A stretch of DNA of 64,000 bases from Lingula anatina (taxonomy: Eukaryota > Animalia > Brachiopoda): assembly GCA_051362555.1 (NCBI GenBank), contig JBPQGU010000016.1:5270001-5334000 (forward strand). The letters are read 5' to 3'. Both the position numbers and the translations under genes were made by a program. Positions 1-52,955 of the stretch are shown piece after piece (within the stretch, counting starts at the first letter, position 1; every line of letters starts with the position of its first letter). The notes beneath the pieces are model-generated. The model was not told where the DNA came from. It searched no databases and was given only the letters and a program-made list of their open reading frames with translations.

Positions 1-470
1 CATAGCTCTATCAAAGATCTTCCAAAATTATTTTCAGTGATGTCCTTTGAAACCCGTGGTATACAGAAATCATCCCCGTCATAAATTCCCTCAAGGTCAA
101 GATGTTGTAAGCTGTCATCACAATAATCTGGCAAATTACCAGTTCGTGCATTTAAGTCCCCCATTAAGAATAGCTTTAAGTTCCCATACTTTGTGAAAAT
201 TTCGAGTAGTACATTTTCTAACCTTTGAATACCATTTGTTTCATTTAAAGTGGTATACAGCACTGATCCCTCTGGAGCAATATATAGACAACCTAGTAAA
301 ATATCTAAATCACTATTGAAAAAGTTCCCATCCAAAATTAGAAAAACCATATCGGTATAGGTATTTATAACATTTTTAACTAACTTAAGCAAGTGATTTT
401 TGATAAAAATACACACTCCTCCTTTTCTTGTTAAGACCCTGGGTTTATCAAAAGAGGTGTGCAAATCTGA
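1..470 (-). mobile_element. Non-LTR retrotransposon ORF2 fragment: APE-type endonuclease, running off the window edge
   Basis: Open frame RKGGVCIFIK...ILLGCLYIAPEGS...LFLMGDLNARTG...PRVSKDITENNFGRSLIEL contains the APE motifs GGV, Y.P and GDxNA; no stop before base 1. Confidence 0.85.
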
Positions 471-759
471 AATTGTCTACTGTACTACTACTGTATTTAC
501 TAGGTATATTTGTCCAAAATATTTCATTTAATCGTGGATAATTCAATCTTGGTGAGAGTTATTTTATCTAAAACGCTATCACACGATTGCATGGCATCCA
601 CTTTCAATTGCTGTATGTGAGATAACACATTCTCTAATTGCGCAGTCGTTGAGAGTTTACTGTAGCAAAGATCAAACAAACAGGCCTGGTATAATGTCAG
701 GAGTAATGATGGTACTGAGAATGATACATTCAGAATACACAATCATTAGAAAACTCTTG

Positions 760-1075
760 ACAAAGCGTGGCTTTTCTGATAGCAGGACGATCACCATCTT
801 TACTTTCGGTCATTCTCTTTGCATTTTCCAAGGAGCCAAATACTTCTATCACCGTTCGATCCCAGCTACACCTTGCCCTTCACTTTCGTCTTTTACCAGG
901 GCTGTTACTGTCCAAGCTGCCCTGCCTCATGACATGTCCATAGTATGACAGTATCTGCTTATTAACATACTGAACCAACCATTCGTGAGGGACATTCATC
1001 TCTTTTCTGGTGTCATCGTTTCTGTGTCGTTGGGTCCATGGGATTCTAAAGAGGGTCATTTTAATGCAGCTAGAC
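760..1075 (-). mobile_element. RTE-clade LINE 3' ORF2 remnant
   Basis: LFRIPWTQRHRNDDTRKEMNV..WLVQYVNKQILSYYGHVMR...GKRRK*RARCSW...SLENAKRMTES resembles RTE C-termini (LRIPWT, YFGHVMR, GKRRRGRP..RW); has an internal stop. Confidence 0.75.
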
Positions 1076-1612
1076 AAGCCTGGAGAAGTTGTCGGCGGTG
1101 CTGATCTATCTACAGAGGTTTTACCTCAGAGGTCGTCTTGCACAGCCTAGTCGGAGTTTTGTTTCATTATCTGAAGTTTTCATAATGAAATATATCAGTA
1201 CGGTGCATGCATTTTTTTCTTTTCAGTTTGGTTAAATTACTAGCAGTTGGTCGATTTTGATAGTTTATCTATTCGCTTTCCATCTTTTCAATTTTATTCT
1301 AATAATGGGTTTATTAATTTTATCATTACACTTTTGTATTATGGTAGATTGGTGTACAATGTAGTATATTAAGGTCGTTTTACATGGTTTGGGCTTCATA
1401 ATAAATATCAAAAATGGCAGCTGACCGTGAGCAGGTATGATGCCCGCACAGTTTGTACATGTACAGGTAGATAGTATGTACTGTTGGTGTTATTCTCATA
1501 AATGACTATAATTATTATTATTAGTGTTATTTATTATTTGTATATATGCCAGATTGAATTGATTTTTTATCGCCATCTCTGTGGCGCTGATGATTAAGCA
1601 CGTACAAGCGCG

Positions 1613-1647
<35 letters not shown>

Positions 1648-4600
1648 TCTAAATTGCAGCAGAGAAGATATTTTTGTTCTCCTCCAGATGGCGCTATAGA
1701 TCCCGGCAAAAACTGCTCAGATTGCAGCATGCAGTAGACCATATAAGGAAGAACCAGTGACCTACATAATGCCATTTTACTTTGGGGTGTGTAAGGGTCT
1801 GAAACTTAATTTATTTAATTCAATGTAGTGTATTTTGAAATATGTGGGAAACAAACGCTTCCTGAGCATGCTATTTAAGTACATTGTTAATCAAATTTTG
1901 TCTGTCAAATTATGGTTATTGATAAATAGAAAAGGCGGTTTTTCCTGCCTCATACCTCGATGGATCATTTGAAACCTGAACCCTTGGAAGAGATGTCACT
2001 TCTTCCTCTGTTCTGAGTGACCAGGGTGTGGATGCCAGGCGACCAGGATACTAAGTATATGGATATTTCAGTTTTAACCGATTCATCGAAACGTTCAAAG
2101 ACAATGTTTTTTAGGTATTTGTCGATGATTTGTTTGTTGATGTATTTAAAAATGGGTTTGACGCTTGCATGTCAAACACTGGGTTTTTCCATCCAACAAT
2201 ATTTTCCCCACGTGACATTTTGTGTCCTTCATGTGTCGTGTATTTCATCACGTACCTCATGACATGTTTTCACAAATAATACCATAAAATGTAATGTTTC
2301 GATCCATTGAAGTATGTGACCTAGTTAATAGTTACACCGCTTTCTGTGTGACTGATTATGAAAGCAGCCGTTTTCAAGGCACAGGGGGCGAATTGCTAGC
2401 GCCAATCTGCAAGTAATGCTTGAAAGTAATTTTAATATTTTTCATTTATGGCTAAAGTCATTATCACTTCGTCTAATCAAAACGCTCTGTTCAAAGCAAG
2501 TTACCATGGTTTTTTACCAACATATTTTAAAGCCTTATGTAAAAAATTCAAAACGCAGCATATTTATCACTGCGTAGTCAATAGTAACAAAACTTGTATT
2601 ATTGTATTATGCCTTTAAACATGTTTAACTATTATTATAAGTCTGAGTTTGTCTCTGTGACGTTTGTAAAACTATATTCTTCAGCAAGACAGCAAGTGGT
2701 GACTTCTACGTTTATTTTAATGCAAATGTATTGCTCAAAAATACGGAAAACTTTTTTGTTTTTCTAGTCCAGAAAACTCCCAATTGAAGCTCAATTTGAC
2801 CTTCTCACCAAAAGACGAAAAAAGCACCTTGAAAACTGTTCACGTAATTTTGCACATTGGTGATTTACTTATTCACGATCTTTTATTGCTTTGAAGAGAA
2901 ATATATCATACTGAAGCAGTCTTAAGTTATTGATGTTACAAATAATATATAATTAGTTCGATCCATTTCTTAATTGTTTAATGCTTAGTTGACAAAATTC
3001 TATCAAAAGAATAAAAAATCCCATTTTTAATTTTTAAATAGCGAGCATTTCACTCGTCACTCGGAACTTAGCATTTACAATATTTTCACTTCCAACTCCT
3101 GGAATTAAATTATAATTTTGAAGACATGCAATGGGACCTAGACCTTTAATAAAGCAAAAAAAATCTGAAAATTACAGCAATTTTCTCTTTAGAATTACTT
3201 TAACCAAGAACCGTTTCAAAAACTACGATCTGAAAACCTCGTTTTGATATGGCCACGTGTAAAATTCACAAGTCTATCTCCACAGCGAGGATTACTCAAA
3301 ATCTAGTTACTTGAAACTCGTATCTTTAAAATCATTTGAAGCTTGAGAACTTGCTGTCTTGTTGAGTGAAAAGTGTCCTCTTTACAAACAACAATCGATC
3401 AGTTGAGTAATGAAGTACATAAAGTTCACACACTGAAGACTCAACTTGCGAAAATAAAGAACATGGATATATTAAACGATCTTTGTTATCTAAATTTTCT
3501 CATCTGGATTGTAATCTTAATTTAACCTATTTTTTAAAGTTAAGGTGAGTAGTATGAGCAAATTCTTTTGTAATTATATGTTAATTATGACTTGCATTTG
3601 TGGCATTAATTTGTTGAACGGATCCACTTTTACATAAAAATTAAAGGGACAGTCATGTATTCCAAAGTTTCCCATTTTCAAAACTCTGCTGCTTTAAAAC
3701 CTTTCAATCTCGGCAGCATCTTCAGTATCTCGAGCAGCAAATGCAGAAATGATACATGTATTTACGTTCTCGTATGGTACAAAACATTTGTTACCAATTT
3801 TTTAACTTTAAAATATAAATGCAAGGTGTTATAAATAATACCATGATTTGCCCCTCCATTTTGCCTACATTTGATAATTACACCTGTTGCAATTGTCAAA
3901 ATGCTTTTTTTTTCACATTCCCCATTGAAGCGGACCTCTTGTAGTGTATTTGAACGTATCGGTGTTAAATGTCGAAATTTATTTCAAAAACGGCTTGTGA
4001 CAATTTTTTGCAAAAGGTCGGTAAAAATGTTTTTTCCTTCCTAGAGGTAATTGTCGGAATTTTATGTCATATTAAATGTAGACAAAACCATATCCTGAAA
4101 AAATTCACAACACCTTATGGTTAAAATGAAACAAAAATAATGGCAGATACATGGTGTTTTGAAGGGTGTCACAATTTGAAATCCTTGGCAATATTTTTGT
4201 CACTCTTGAAATTATGTGATATCAGAGAGAGCACTTTCGATTTTTTCCTGCGGTGAGACAGTTGCTAGATCTGCCGTTCTTTTTGTTAAAAATGAAATTG
4301 AAAAATCTGATTGTCATTTTTATCTGAGATCAAACATTAGCCGAGTAGTTCATCATGTAGTTTATTTATCAAATCAAACTTGAGCGAGTCTTAATGCAGA
4401 CATCAATTGTTTTGATTTACATATCTGGATATGCAAAACTTAAAATATCTTAAAATATTTTAAATTGTATGCAAATATGATCATACATCAATGGTAGTTA
4501 ATTTTGTTCCAAATAAAAAAAACTTTACAATCATATGCAAAATGGCTTTGCGTTTTCATTGGCTCGGCGGAACTCTAAGGGTGGGGATTCGATTTGGGTA

Positions 4601-4694
4601 CTTGGAACATATTACATATCCCTTTCCAGAAGGGCTTTTAAAATTTCTCTTTAGTTACTATAAAAGAAAAGTCTACCAGAGGAGGGTGGGTGGG

Positions 4695-4940
4695 AACACT
4701 TAGAGGAGTGGATAGCACGCGCGACTCGGACCCAGCAAGACTTGGGTTCGAAACCTGGCGCTTCTAGGTCCAAGCAAATTACCTTTTGCAAAAAAGTCAA
4801 ATGAATAATTTAAACTGCGACATGAAGGTTCTACGATATTATAAATGCAAGTCGAGCCAATGGCTCAACGGATAAGGCGACAAAACAGTAAGCAGGAGAT
4901 TAAGAGTTCGAGGTGAGCTATGAAAAGAGAAATTACTTTT
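4695..4940 (+). pseudogene. Two tandem tRNA-derived (Arg-like) pseudogene/SINE heads
   Basis: A-box/B-box pairs (AGTGGATAGCACG...GGTTCGAAACC; TGGCTCAACGGATAAGGCG...GAGTTCGA), each followed by ATTAC(C)TTTTGCAA; stems do not pair properly. Confidence 0.5.
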
Positions 4941-6582
4941 GCAAGTTCTGAACTAAGTAAAATATTTGTACGTTTATTATTGTCAAAATGAATTATTTAC
5001 AGCAATAAAATAATGAAAATATAACATTTTGTGAATTAAATTAAATAAATTGAAATTAAACAAACAGAAAAAAGGTATATCTGTAAATAAAACAAGTGCA
5101 TTTTCAACATTGTTACTAAAAGACGGAATCCTTTGATTTATGAAAAAAATAAGTTCAAGATTGTAACATCTGAAAGACTTTGACAAGAACTGATAATAGA
5201 CAAAATGTATTTTTAACAAATTTTACTTGGCACATTTTTGTCAAAGTTGGCATAAGTGCCTAGTCTTCATGGAATTCCATCAAAAATATTTCCGTCCAAA
5301 TTCAGAGATTGTAACAATTTTAAAAATGCGTATAATCTGCTGTAAGCGTCATTCGTGCACCAATGCACACGCATATGTAAGCACACCTTGTCTTATGTCG
5401 CCTTGTTGATGTTTGCATAAATCGAACAGTAGCCAATATTTGTTCATGTTTGTAAGATTCTTGGTTGTTTTGCAAATTGATATTTAAAGAAAAATGTTTT
5501 CTTTGCACTAAATCCGAAAATAATTGTCATACAGTACAGTGTACAGTGTACACGGTGTAACTGTGGATGAAAATTTACATTTGCAAAGCATAGGAATCAG
5601 GAGCGACATAAAGACAGCGGTGGTTTACAAGATTATCCAAGGCTTTGCCAGATTCAGAATAATATACAAACAAAACTGAAAAAGTTACGCGAAATCAGTG
5701 TACTTGAAGTGACTTTTCACATTCACTTAGAATTAACTCTAGTTCTCGGCTTTCAGTTATGACACTAAGCACAAATAACACAACATGGGTTTGCAGGACT
5801 GAAATCTAACCAAGCCTGTATTTTTCAATCACCCCTTGCTCCCGAAAAATTTAAAACAAGAACACAGAGCAACTTAACTGCACATATTAGGCATGTTTTT
5901 CACTTTAAAAATTCAAACCAAACGAAGTATTAAGGTTTACATACACTTTGGTAGAATATTGAATATGCCATTAGAGGAACAAAATACTTTGAAATAACAT
6001 TTTTAGATGAAAATTCCGTACAATCCTCAAATAAGTAACTGCCCAAACTTTTAGAATGAACTTTAGTGTAACAGATAAAATAAATCCTATAATCTAATTT
6101 GAAAAAATTAAATCTTGTTTAAGACTTATTGATTGTTCACTATGTTTTTGAGCAAAATTGACAAAGTTGACAGTCTAAAAACCCTCCCGAAAATTGGGCT
6201 TGGCGACAGCTCAAAAGATTTTGAAAATATGGAATGCAAAAGGCTATGGTTAATGTCAGTCCTACAGAAACATTTTAATGGACAAATAATATGTCAATGA
6301 AGTCCATTTCCAGTTTTTATTTTTCGACACTTCGTTTTGTAATATAAGTCCTAAATGGCACATAAATGATTCCGATCCTCGGAAATTTTTGTAGCCAACT
6401 ATAGGAACAGCTTTCTTATCATATACGAAATAAAGACCTCATTTCTATTTCTGCAATATTAAATTAATTTTTATTTCGGATGGCAACCTTTAACCCACCC
6501 CATGGTTTAATTTTGTTTCAGAAAACAGATATTTTATCCAGGCCCAGCACTGAAAACACCGAGAACCAGAGGAAGTTTATTC

Positions 6583-6778
6583 ACAGCCACAGTGAAATAA
6601 TCATAATTGTTGAAAGATCGTTACAGTACATGTGCACAATTCTGATATTACAGCCACAGTGCCATAATCATAATTGTTGAAAGATCGTTACAGTACATGT
6701 GCACAGTTCTGATATCACAGCCACAGTGCCATAATCATAATTGTTGAAAGATCGTTATAGTACATGTGGACAGTTCTG
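6583..6778. repeat. Tandem repeat, 67-bp unit x about 3
   Basis: ACAGCCACAGTG recurs at 6583, 6650 and 6717. Confidence 0.9.
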
Positions 6779-8599
6779 CAGTAACGCGGACACATTTTGC
6801 CCGTTACACAATTTTGGGATTTCTAAGGCGTTATACGTTTTATTAACAGTGTCTTTTGTAAATTTACATCTCGTCCCCTTTTCGACTGAACACACAATGA
6901 ATGTAATTAAAAGTGTCCTATATGCATATTATGTAATGCGGTTTCAATGTTTTTCCTTCCCAGAAGTCAACATCATCTAAAATGAATAAGAGTACGTCTT
7001 CAAGTTTACAGTGAGGTGTCAAGTTGCAGATTTGCCCACACATATTTTCAGTAACAAATAAAAAAACATTTCTTCTCTTAGAAATTAATAAAGGATAATT
7101 TTAAAGCAATCACTATCATTTTTGAAGAGACATTATTTCTCTTAAATAAGAACTTCAAATCTCACGTTTCAGATTCGAAAATGGACAGGTATCAACCAAA
7201 ACACCACGTTCAAATAGAGCACAGTACTACAACACAGTAAAATACAGTTACCAAAAAAAAAAAGCAAACCAACGTCATGCAGGGCGGACACTTAATATGG
7301 ACTTAATTTCTATGAGAAGAGTCATAAATAAAAAGCTTATCTTTTTCTTCTTTTAATTTGCTATACGTTTTAAAGGATAATGTTACAACCAAAAGCAAAC
7401 AACATTCCGTACTAAATGCCGTCCCTGCAAATTAATGAGCAGACCAACGTCGGCATAGGAGGCAATCTTGGCACGGGTGTGGGGCTGAATGTGTCGAACA
7501 CGAAACGTGTCTCTGAGTAGGACGCTTCTGGCAACTTCGTAAACGGTGCTTGGAGTCACTGGAAATAAAGGAATAAATTCACATTCATGAAACAATGTAT
7601 GGAAATCTGATAAAGCAGTGCATGCTCATTACAGCAATTCGTATCATTATCATTATTTGAGTTATAAGTAACAAAACACAATTAAGCTTTAAAATTATAC
7701 AAAAACATATATTCATATTTAACCCTCATGGGTAAGTAATGGTATTAGAAACAAAAGGGTGCCTGAAAGGCACTGAGGGAAAGCTAAGAGAAAGTATCCT
7801 TCACGTCAGTTAGATGTCCCCGTAATCATTATGCCTATAGTGCACCATTTAGGGAAAATATCGTCAATGCAAAACTAAGAATTGCCACAATAAATTTTTT
7901 ATCATCTGTACGGAACTTACGAGATACTGCTGCCGGTTTCAGTCCCATCTTTTCGGCCTACATGTGGCTGTAGCAGCAATATGGCATGGGACATCCTTCT
8001 TCTCCATCTTCTGCTGACCTTGGTCCTATCTGAGCACCTTTCACCAAAACGCTCACCTGATTTACATAATAATGAAGAGGCCACATACTTCAGCGTGGAA
8101 GCTCCGGTTTGAATATTATAGTCTGGTTGAAGAGAAGGCACAATAAATCTCCATCTCGAAGAGAGGAATTAGGAGTTGATTAAGTCATAATGACACGCAC
8201 ACACACGACAAAAATAAATGAATAAAAATAAAAACGCAACTTCAAAGTCAACACACTTGATATGACGTGACTAGGCATATAAATCAGCTTTCATACATAG
8301 GTCGAATGAACGAATTGGGGCGGGATTGAGATAGAAAACAGGATCTTCATTCAGTCTTACGGTACAGCGAAATCGTTAGGTTAGTGATATGCTTTCTCTC
8401 TTTCTACTTCTTGAAACATGGACAATTTTAAAGGATTTTATTGAATTGTCTTGTTTGTTGCCTCCATAGATAATTTTCCATAAGTTACTGTCTACATTAT
8501 TAATATTTTAACTGTTTATACTTGAATATAATATACCATCAATTATGATGTACATGTACTGTTCAGACTCAGCAATTCTTTCGCACATTGCACAAGTTA

Positions 8600-9030
8600 T
8601 ACCTAACCCTTGCCATAACGTGAAACGTAGCCTGTTCAAGAAGATGTGAAATTATGTGAAACTTGTCAGAAAGTAAAGGATTCACAAAGAGATGCACCAG
8701 TTACATTGAATCGGTTACCGATAGCGAATGTGATTGAAAGACGTCATATGGATATCCTTGGTCCTTTAACAAAGCCTGAACCAGGTTTCACATATAAATT
8801 AAATGGCAAAAAAGGTTATACATATATATATTAAAATGGTCTCAGGCAAAAAATTAAATATGTGTCGCCATTTATCTGACCCCCAACAATTTAGATATCA
8901 ACAGGTTATGTGCGCTTTCTCCGCTTTGGAGGCAAAAGAGATTGCAATGGTTCTTTATTGTGATGTATTACTACTGTATTTACTACATATGGTTATCCAA
9001 ATTATTTAAATTCAGATCGTAGATAATTCA
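8600..9030 (+). mobile_element. Ty3/Gypsy-type integrase remnant
   Basis: VQEDVKLCETCQKVK (Zn-finger CxxC), LPIANVIERRHMDILGPLTK (first catalytic D, 'DILGPLP' motif), AF...EAKEIAMVLY and an SDR remnant; frameshifted. Confidence 0.75.
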
Positions 9031-9050
9031 ATCTTAATGAAAATTATTAA

Positions 9051-9360
9051 ATCTAAAACGATATCACGCGAGTATCAATTGCTGTATGTGAGATAACACA
9101 TTCTCTAATTGCACAGTCGTTGAGAGCATACTGTAGCAAAGATCAAACAGGCCTGGTATAATGTCAGGAGTAATGATGGTACTGAGAATGATATTTTGTA
9201 CACAATGTACTAAATATTCACCGTATTACTCAGTTTTTGGAAAAGAAATGTGTACACCTTTAGATACAGATAAATAACAGAAGATAAACCTGAGCAAAAT
9301 ATCCATCAATACATTCAGAATTTACACAATCAATCAGTAGCAAACTCTTGACAAAGCGTA
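9051..9360 (+). repeat. Dispersed direct copy of 565-770, with an insertion of about 115 bp
   Basis: TCAATTGCTGTATGTGAGATAACAC...GTACTGAGAATGATA nearly identical at 604-725 and 9075-9193; similarity resumes near 9309. Confidence 0.85.
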
Positions 9361-9461
9361 ACAAAGTGAATGCTAAGGGAAAATCCAAAACAACGGATAA
9401 AACAATGACATAGGAAGTGAAAAGATTATTATGTTGTAAAAACTTAAACAAGAAGGTACTC

Positions 9462-10180
9462 TAGTCTCTGGGCCAATGTAGACCCCCCCCCCCCCCCCCC
9501 CCCGGTTAAAAAGATGTAAATTCATGGTCATTGGTGGCTTTTTTGAATTTTGAAAGCCATGCTATAATCCAAATTAAGTAATTGAAAAGGGTTCTGTTTC
9601 ATATTCAATACGCTATAAGTAATGAAGAACTTAATTTTGGATGATAAATCTGCCGTATTTCCAGACTGGACTGCTACATGTAAAAGACATGTTTTGTGGT
9701 AGCCATGTTGGATTTCAGGATTTTTCATCTCAATAAAAAGATTGCACCTTAAACAAACACTACGGGCAGAAAGTAGAGATCCCATGCAACACTGGTACAT
9801 CAAAATATCTCAGATATTGCAATTCTTAATTAAATAACAATTAAAATATAAAAAATATCAAAATTTCCTTTAAAAAACAGCAAAAATTGGCCGCCATCTT
9901 GGAAAATTTTGTTTATTGTTAAGTATAGTGCACTTCTTAGACTACACGTCTGGAATGATTTTGAATTCTGTTTAGTTAATGTATTTGAAATATTTTAGAT
10001 TTTGTTGGTCTCAGAAATGTTAATTTTAAACCCGTGTGTTACCATGGCAACGACCGTAGCACACCCACCCACCATCAGTTTAATGGCAAACAAGCAGAAA
10101 ATAAAAGCTTAGGACCTAAGCTATCAGAAAAACATAGTGAACGAAAAGGCCTAGGGTTTCGGTATTTGGCCCATGGACTA
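9462..10180. mobile_element. Non-autonomous DNA transposon with TAG...CTA ends (Academ-like)
   Basis: Imperfect TIRs TAGTCTCTGGGCCAATGTAGACCC / TAGTCCATGGGCCAAATACCGAAACCC; no clear TSD. Confidence 0.5.
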
Positions 10181-10679
10181 AGAGGCATTTTAAAGTGAAA
10201 GGATAGAAGATTCCAACTTGGGAACCCCAAGAAAGTATACCAAATGTTTTGAAAAGACATTTTATATAAATAAGATAAAACAGGGTAGACGAAAAAGTAA
10301 TAGGAAAAAATAAACATAAATAATGAGAGTATGTACGAATAGTGGACGGGTGTCACGTGTTTTTTCATTGAAGTTGATGGAGAAGTATATTTTAGGGGAA
10401 AATGTATCTGATTAACAGAAGCTATGCACAATTTCAACATCTTTCCCTTTTCTGTCTATTATTTCCCATCTTTCGTGGACCGAAGTTGACCAGTTTTTAG
10501 GAATTTTGAAAACAAATACAGAACTTTAATAGATTGGTTTGGAAGGTTCACATTGTTATTTGCATGTTAACTGAAATAAGTTTAGGTTTGCAGTTGACAG
10601 CATATCATCATACATATGTATGGTGTAGAATTAAAACCATTTATGAGAAAGCAATTGAGACAAAGAATATTCCTCAGTT

Positions 10680-10685
10680 TTTATT
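10680..10685 (-). terminator. Possible PKG polyadenylation signal (AATAAA)
   Basis: First canonical minus-strand AATAAA I saw downstream of the stop (about 1.55 kb); an ATTAAA lies at 10954-10959. Confidence 0.3.
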
Positions 10686-12235
10686 ATCAACTGAATGACA
10701 AATTCAACAAACAAGTACGTTTGTATTATGACTTAGTTTCGTTTGCATGTTATTTGACTCTACGTGTGTGCCAATCGAGTCCAGCTACAGGGCTACAGTA
10801 AATGGCAATAGAAAATTAACCAAACGATACCATATGGAATGATTAATTACAACTCAATTTACATATAATGGCCAAATCGGTTAAACCATGCCTGCCCTTA
10901 CAAACAATTTTCAATTGGCACTCTCCAAAACAATCATTAGAATAAGTACTTCGTTTAATTATTTTATGTGATACATTGCTATTCATTCAAAGAAACAATT
11001 GGCACTTCTTCCCGTTATGGAGAACGCCTGTTACTAATAATAACATAACATATGATGCCTATACACTGGATGTGGATGGCATCTGTGACTTTCAACAATC
11101 TTCGCCATCTGGTCTTATTGTTCAGCCACAAGACCACATCTGATATATATTTCACTACATTCTGAAACTCATTAACTTTCAAAAACTATCCTCTTTCCAA
11201 TATTATCTAACTGCTCTGATGATCATTCACTAGTGCTAGTATATACAATACAGTAGTAATGACTGGACTCACGTCATGTTATTCAATTACCATTATACAT
11301 TGTCCTTTGGTAAGTTAAGAGAGAGATATAATAATGCATAGATAAAGAGAAAATTATTACTTGATGAATCTGAGGCAAGGGCACAGACATGTATTAACCA
11401 CAATGCTTTGTTATTACAGTTTGCATTACGTATATAGCCTGATACATGTAATTCTAAGAAACCATGAAAGTATTTGGCTGCAGAAATACCACTATTCTGT
11501 TATAATAAGTGTGATAGTGAAAGCACCTCCTGACTTGATTTTGTTTACTTGACAGTTCAAAACAAAGAAATCGGCTGCAGCTTGTCTTGAATGACACAGT
11601 GATTGAAATGTGGTTCTGCTCAAAGTTACCATTGGAATGTTTTATCGCATTGTTTTCTTGTACTTCTTCATTGTATAAACTATGGTAGGCAAACAGGGAA
11701 ATGCAACACGCAGTTGTGCGCCAAAATGGTTCCAACTAATCAAATAAAATATTCGGTGTAGCTTATGGAGCTTTTATATCAGATACCACTATCTTTGGTC
11801 GCTTTAGGCGTTCTTTTACAGTAACAGAAAGCATAATACAACCAATCACTTTGATAGCCCCCTCCCTACACACAAACACACACACGCACACACGGTCGTA
11901 TCGACTCCGTGTACATAATGTAGGGGCCATTACTGGCATCCAGTCCTGCACGTGTTCAGGTATAACGTAGCTGTGAATCATGAATTCGACTGTGTACGCT
12001 GCACAAAGATGTCCGAGGAACCAAAGTTTGCTACGACAATTGAATGTCCCATATTTGTTTCTTCCATCCACAAAGGGCGGTTTCTGCCTAATTGCAAAAA
12101 CTCACAGAGTTCGTAACAGAGTCTACAGGTCTGTGTACCCAAACACAACATAGCGGCGCAAATGAATTCGGAACTGGCTACGGTCTGTAAAAACCCTTCA
12201 TTGATTCTACCCCAGACATGGCGCGGATATGACCC

Positions 12236-52330
<40,095 letters not shown>

Positions 52331-52941
52331 GGCTTTCACCGAACGCTGGTTGCCTACTTATCCCACAGAATGAGAACGAAGGAGATCCACAAAACTCTTT
52401 TACGATCTTGAAAAAGAACTCGCAGAACTAAAGTCTTTCTCCTGACCTTTATGAGAGGAAACTCGTGTTAGCACTTGTTTTGTTTGTCAGCAGTGCATTT
52501 ATCCTCGCAAACATCATATTGGACCCAGTGTTCGGACAGTCTTGTCGGAATTCACGGCTATGTCTCCGCCGAAGAAGAGTCCGTTTGTGTCGTTAGATGC
52601 CTGGTATATACAATTCCTTTCTGCTTGGAGACGTTTTACTTGTATTATGTCACGTTTACAATCCTGGGCGAAACTGCAATCCGTTATTGATTCAATCAAT
52701 GATTTTACCTGGAACACTCCACTATTCCAAATACCAGTGCTGGTTTCGTGTGTCTCTCATTTCTCTGTACACGGATATCAGGAAACAGTGACAGAAGACG
52801 CGAATTCCAGCTAAAATACAGTACGTGACTTCTAGTAACAACAATAACAACAGACAACAAACTGGCTGTTCGACAACTGGTTACACTTACTTCAGATTTA
52901 AACCAGTACAATAAGCCAAGTTTTATCTTTCCTCCCGTGGA

Positions 52942-52955
52942 GTTGTCATGGCAAC
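52942..52955. promoter_or_regulatory. RFX X-box-like site upstream of PKG exon 1
   Basis: GTTGTCATGGCAAC near-palindrome matching the X-box consensus, about 610 bp upstream of the ATG in non-repetitive sequence. Confidence 0.4.

Noticed and set aside
1784-6501. Single large non-autonomous transposon spanning the AT-rich block
   Set aside because: Only weak end similarity (GGGGTGTGTAAGG vs GGGGTGGGTTAAAGG) and no TSD; boundaries cannot be supported.
52331-52339. ORF-track start 'MKA' upstream of MGTLRD
   Set aside because: It is a GTG codon called by a prokaryotic-style ORF finder; homology points to the ATG at 52330.
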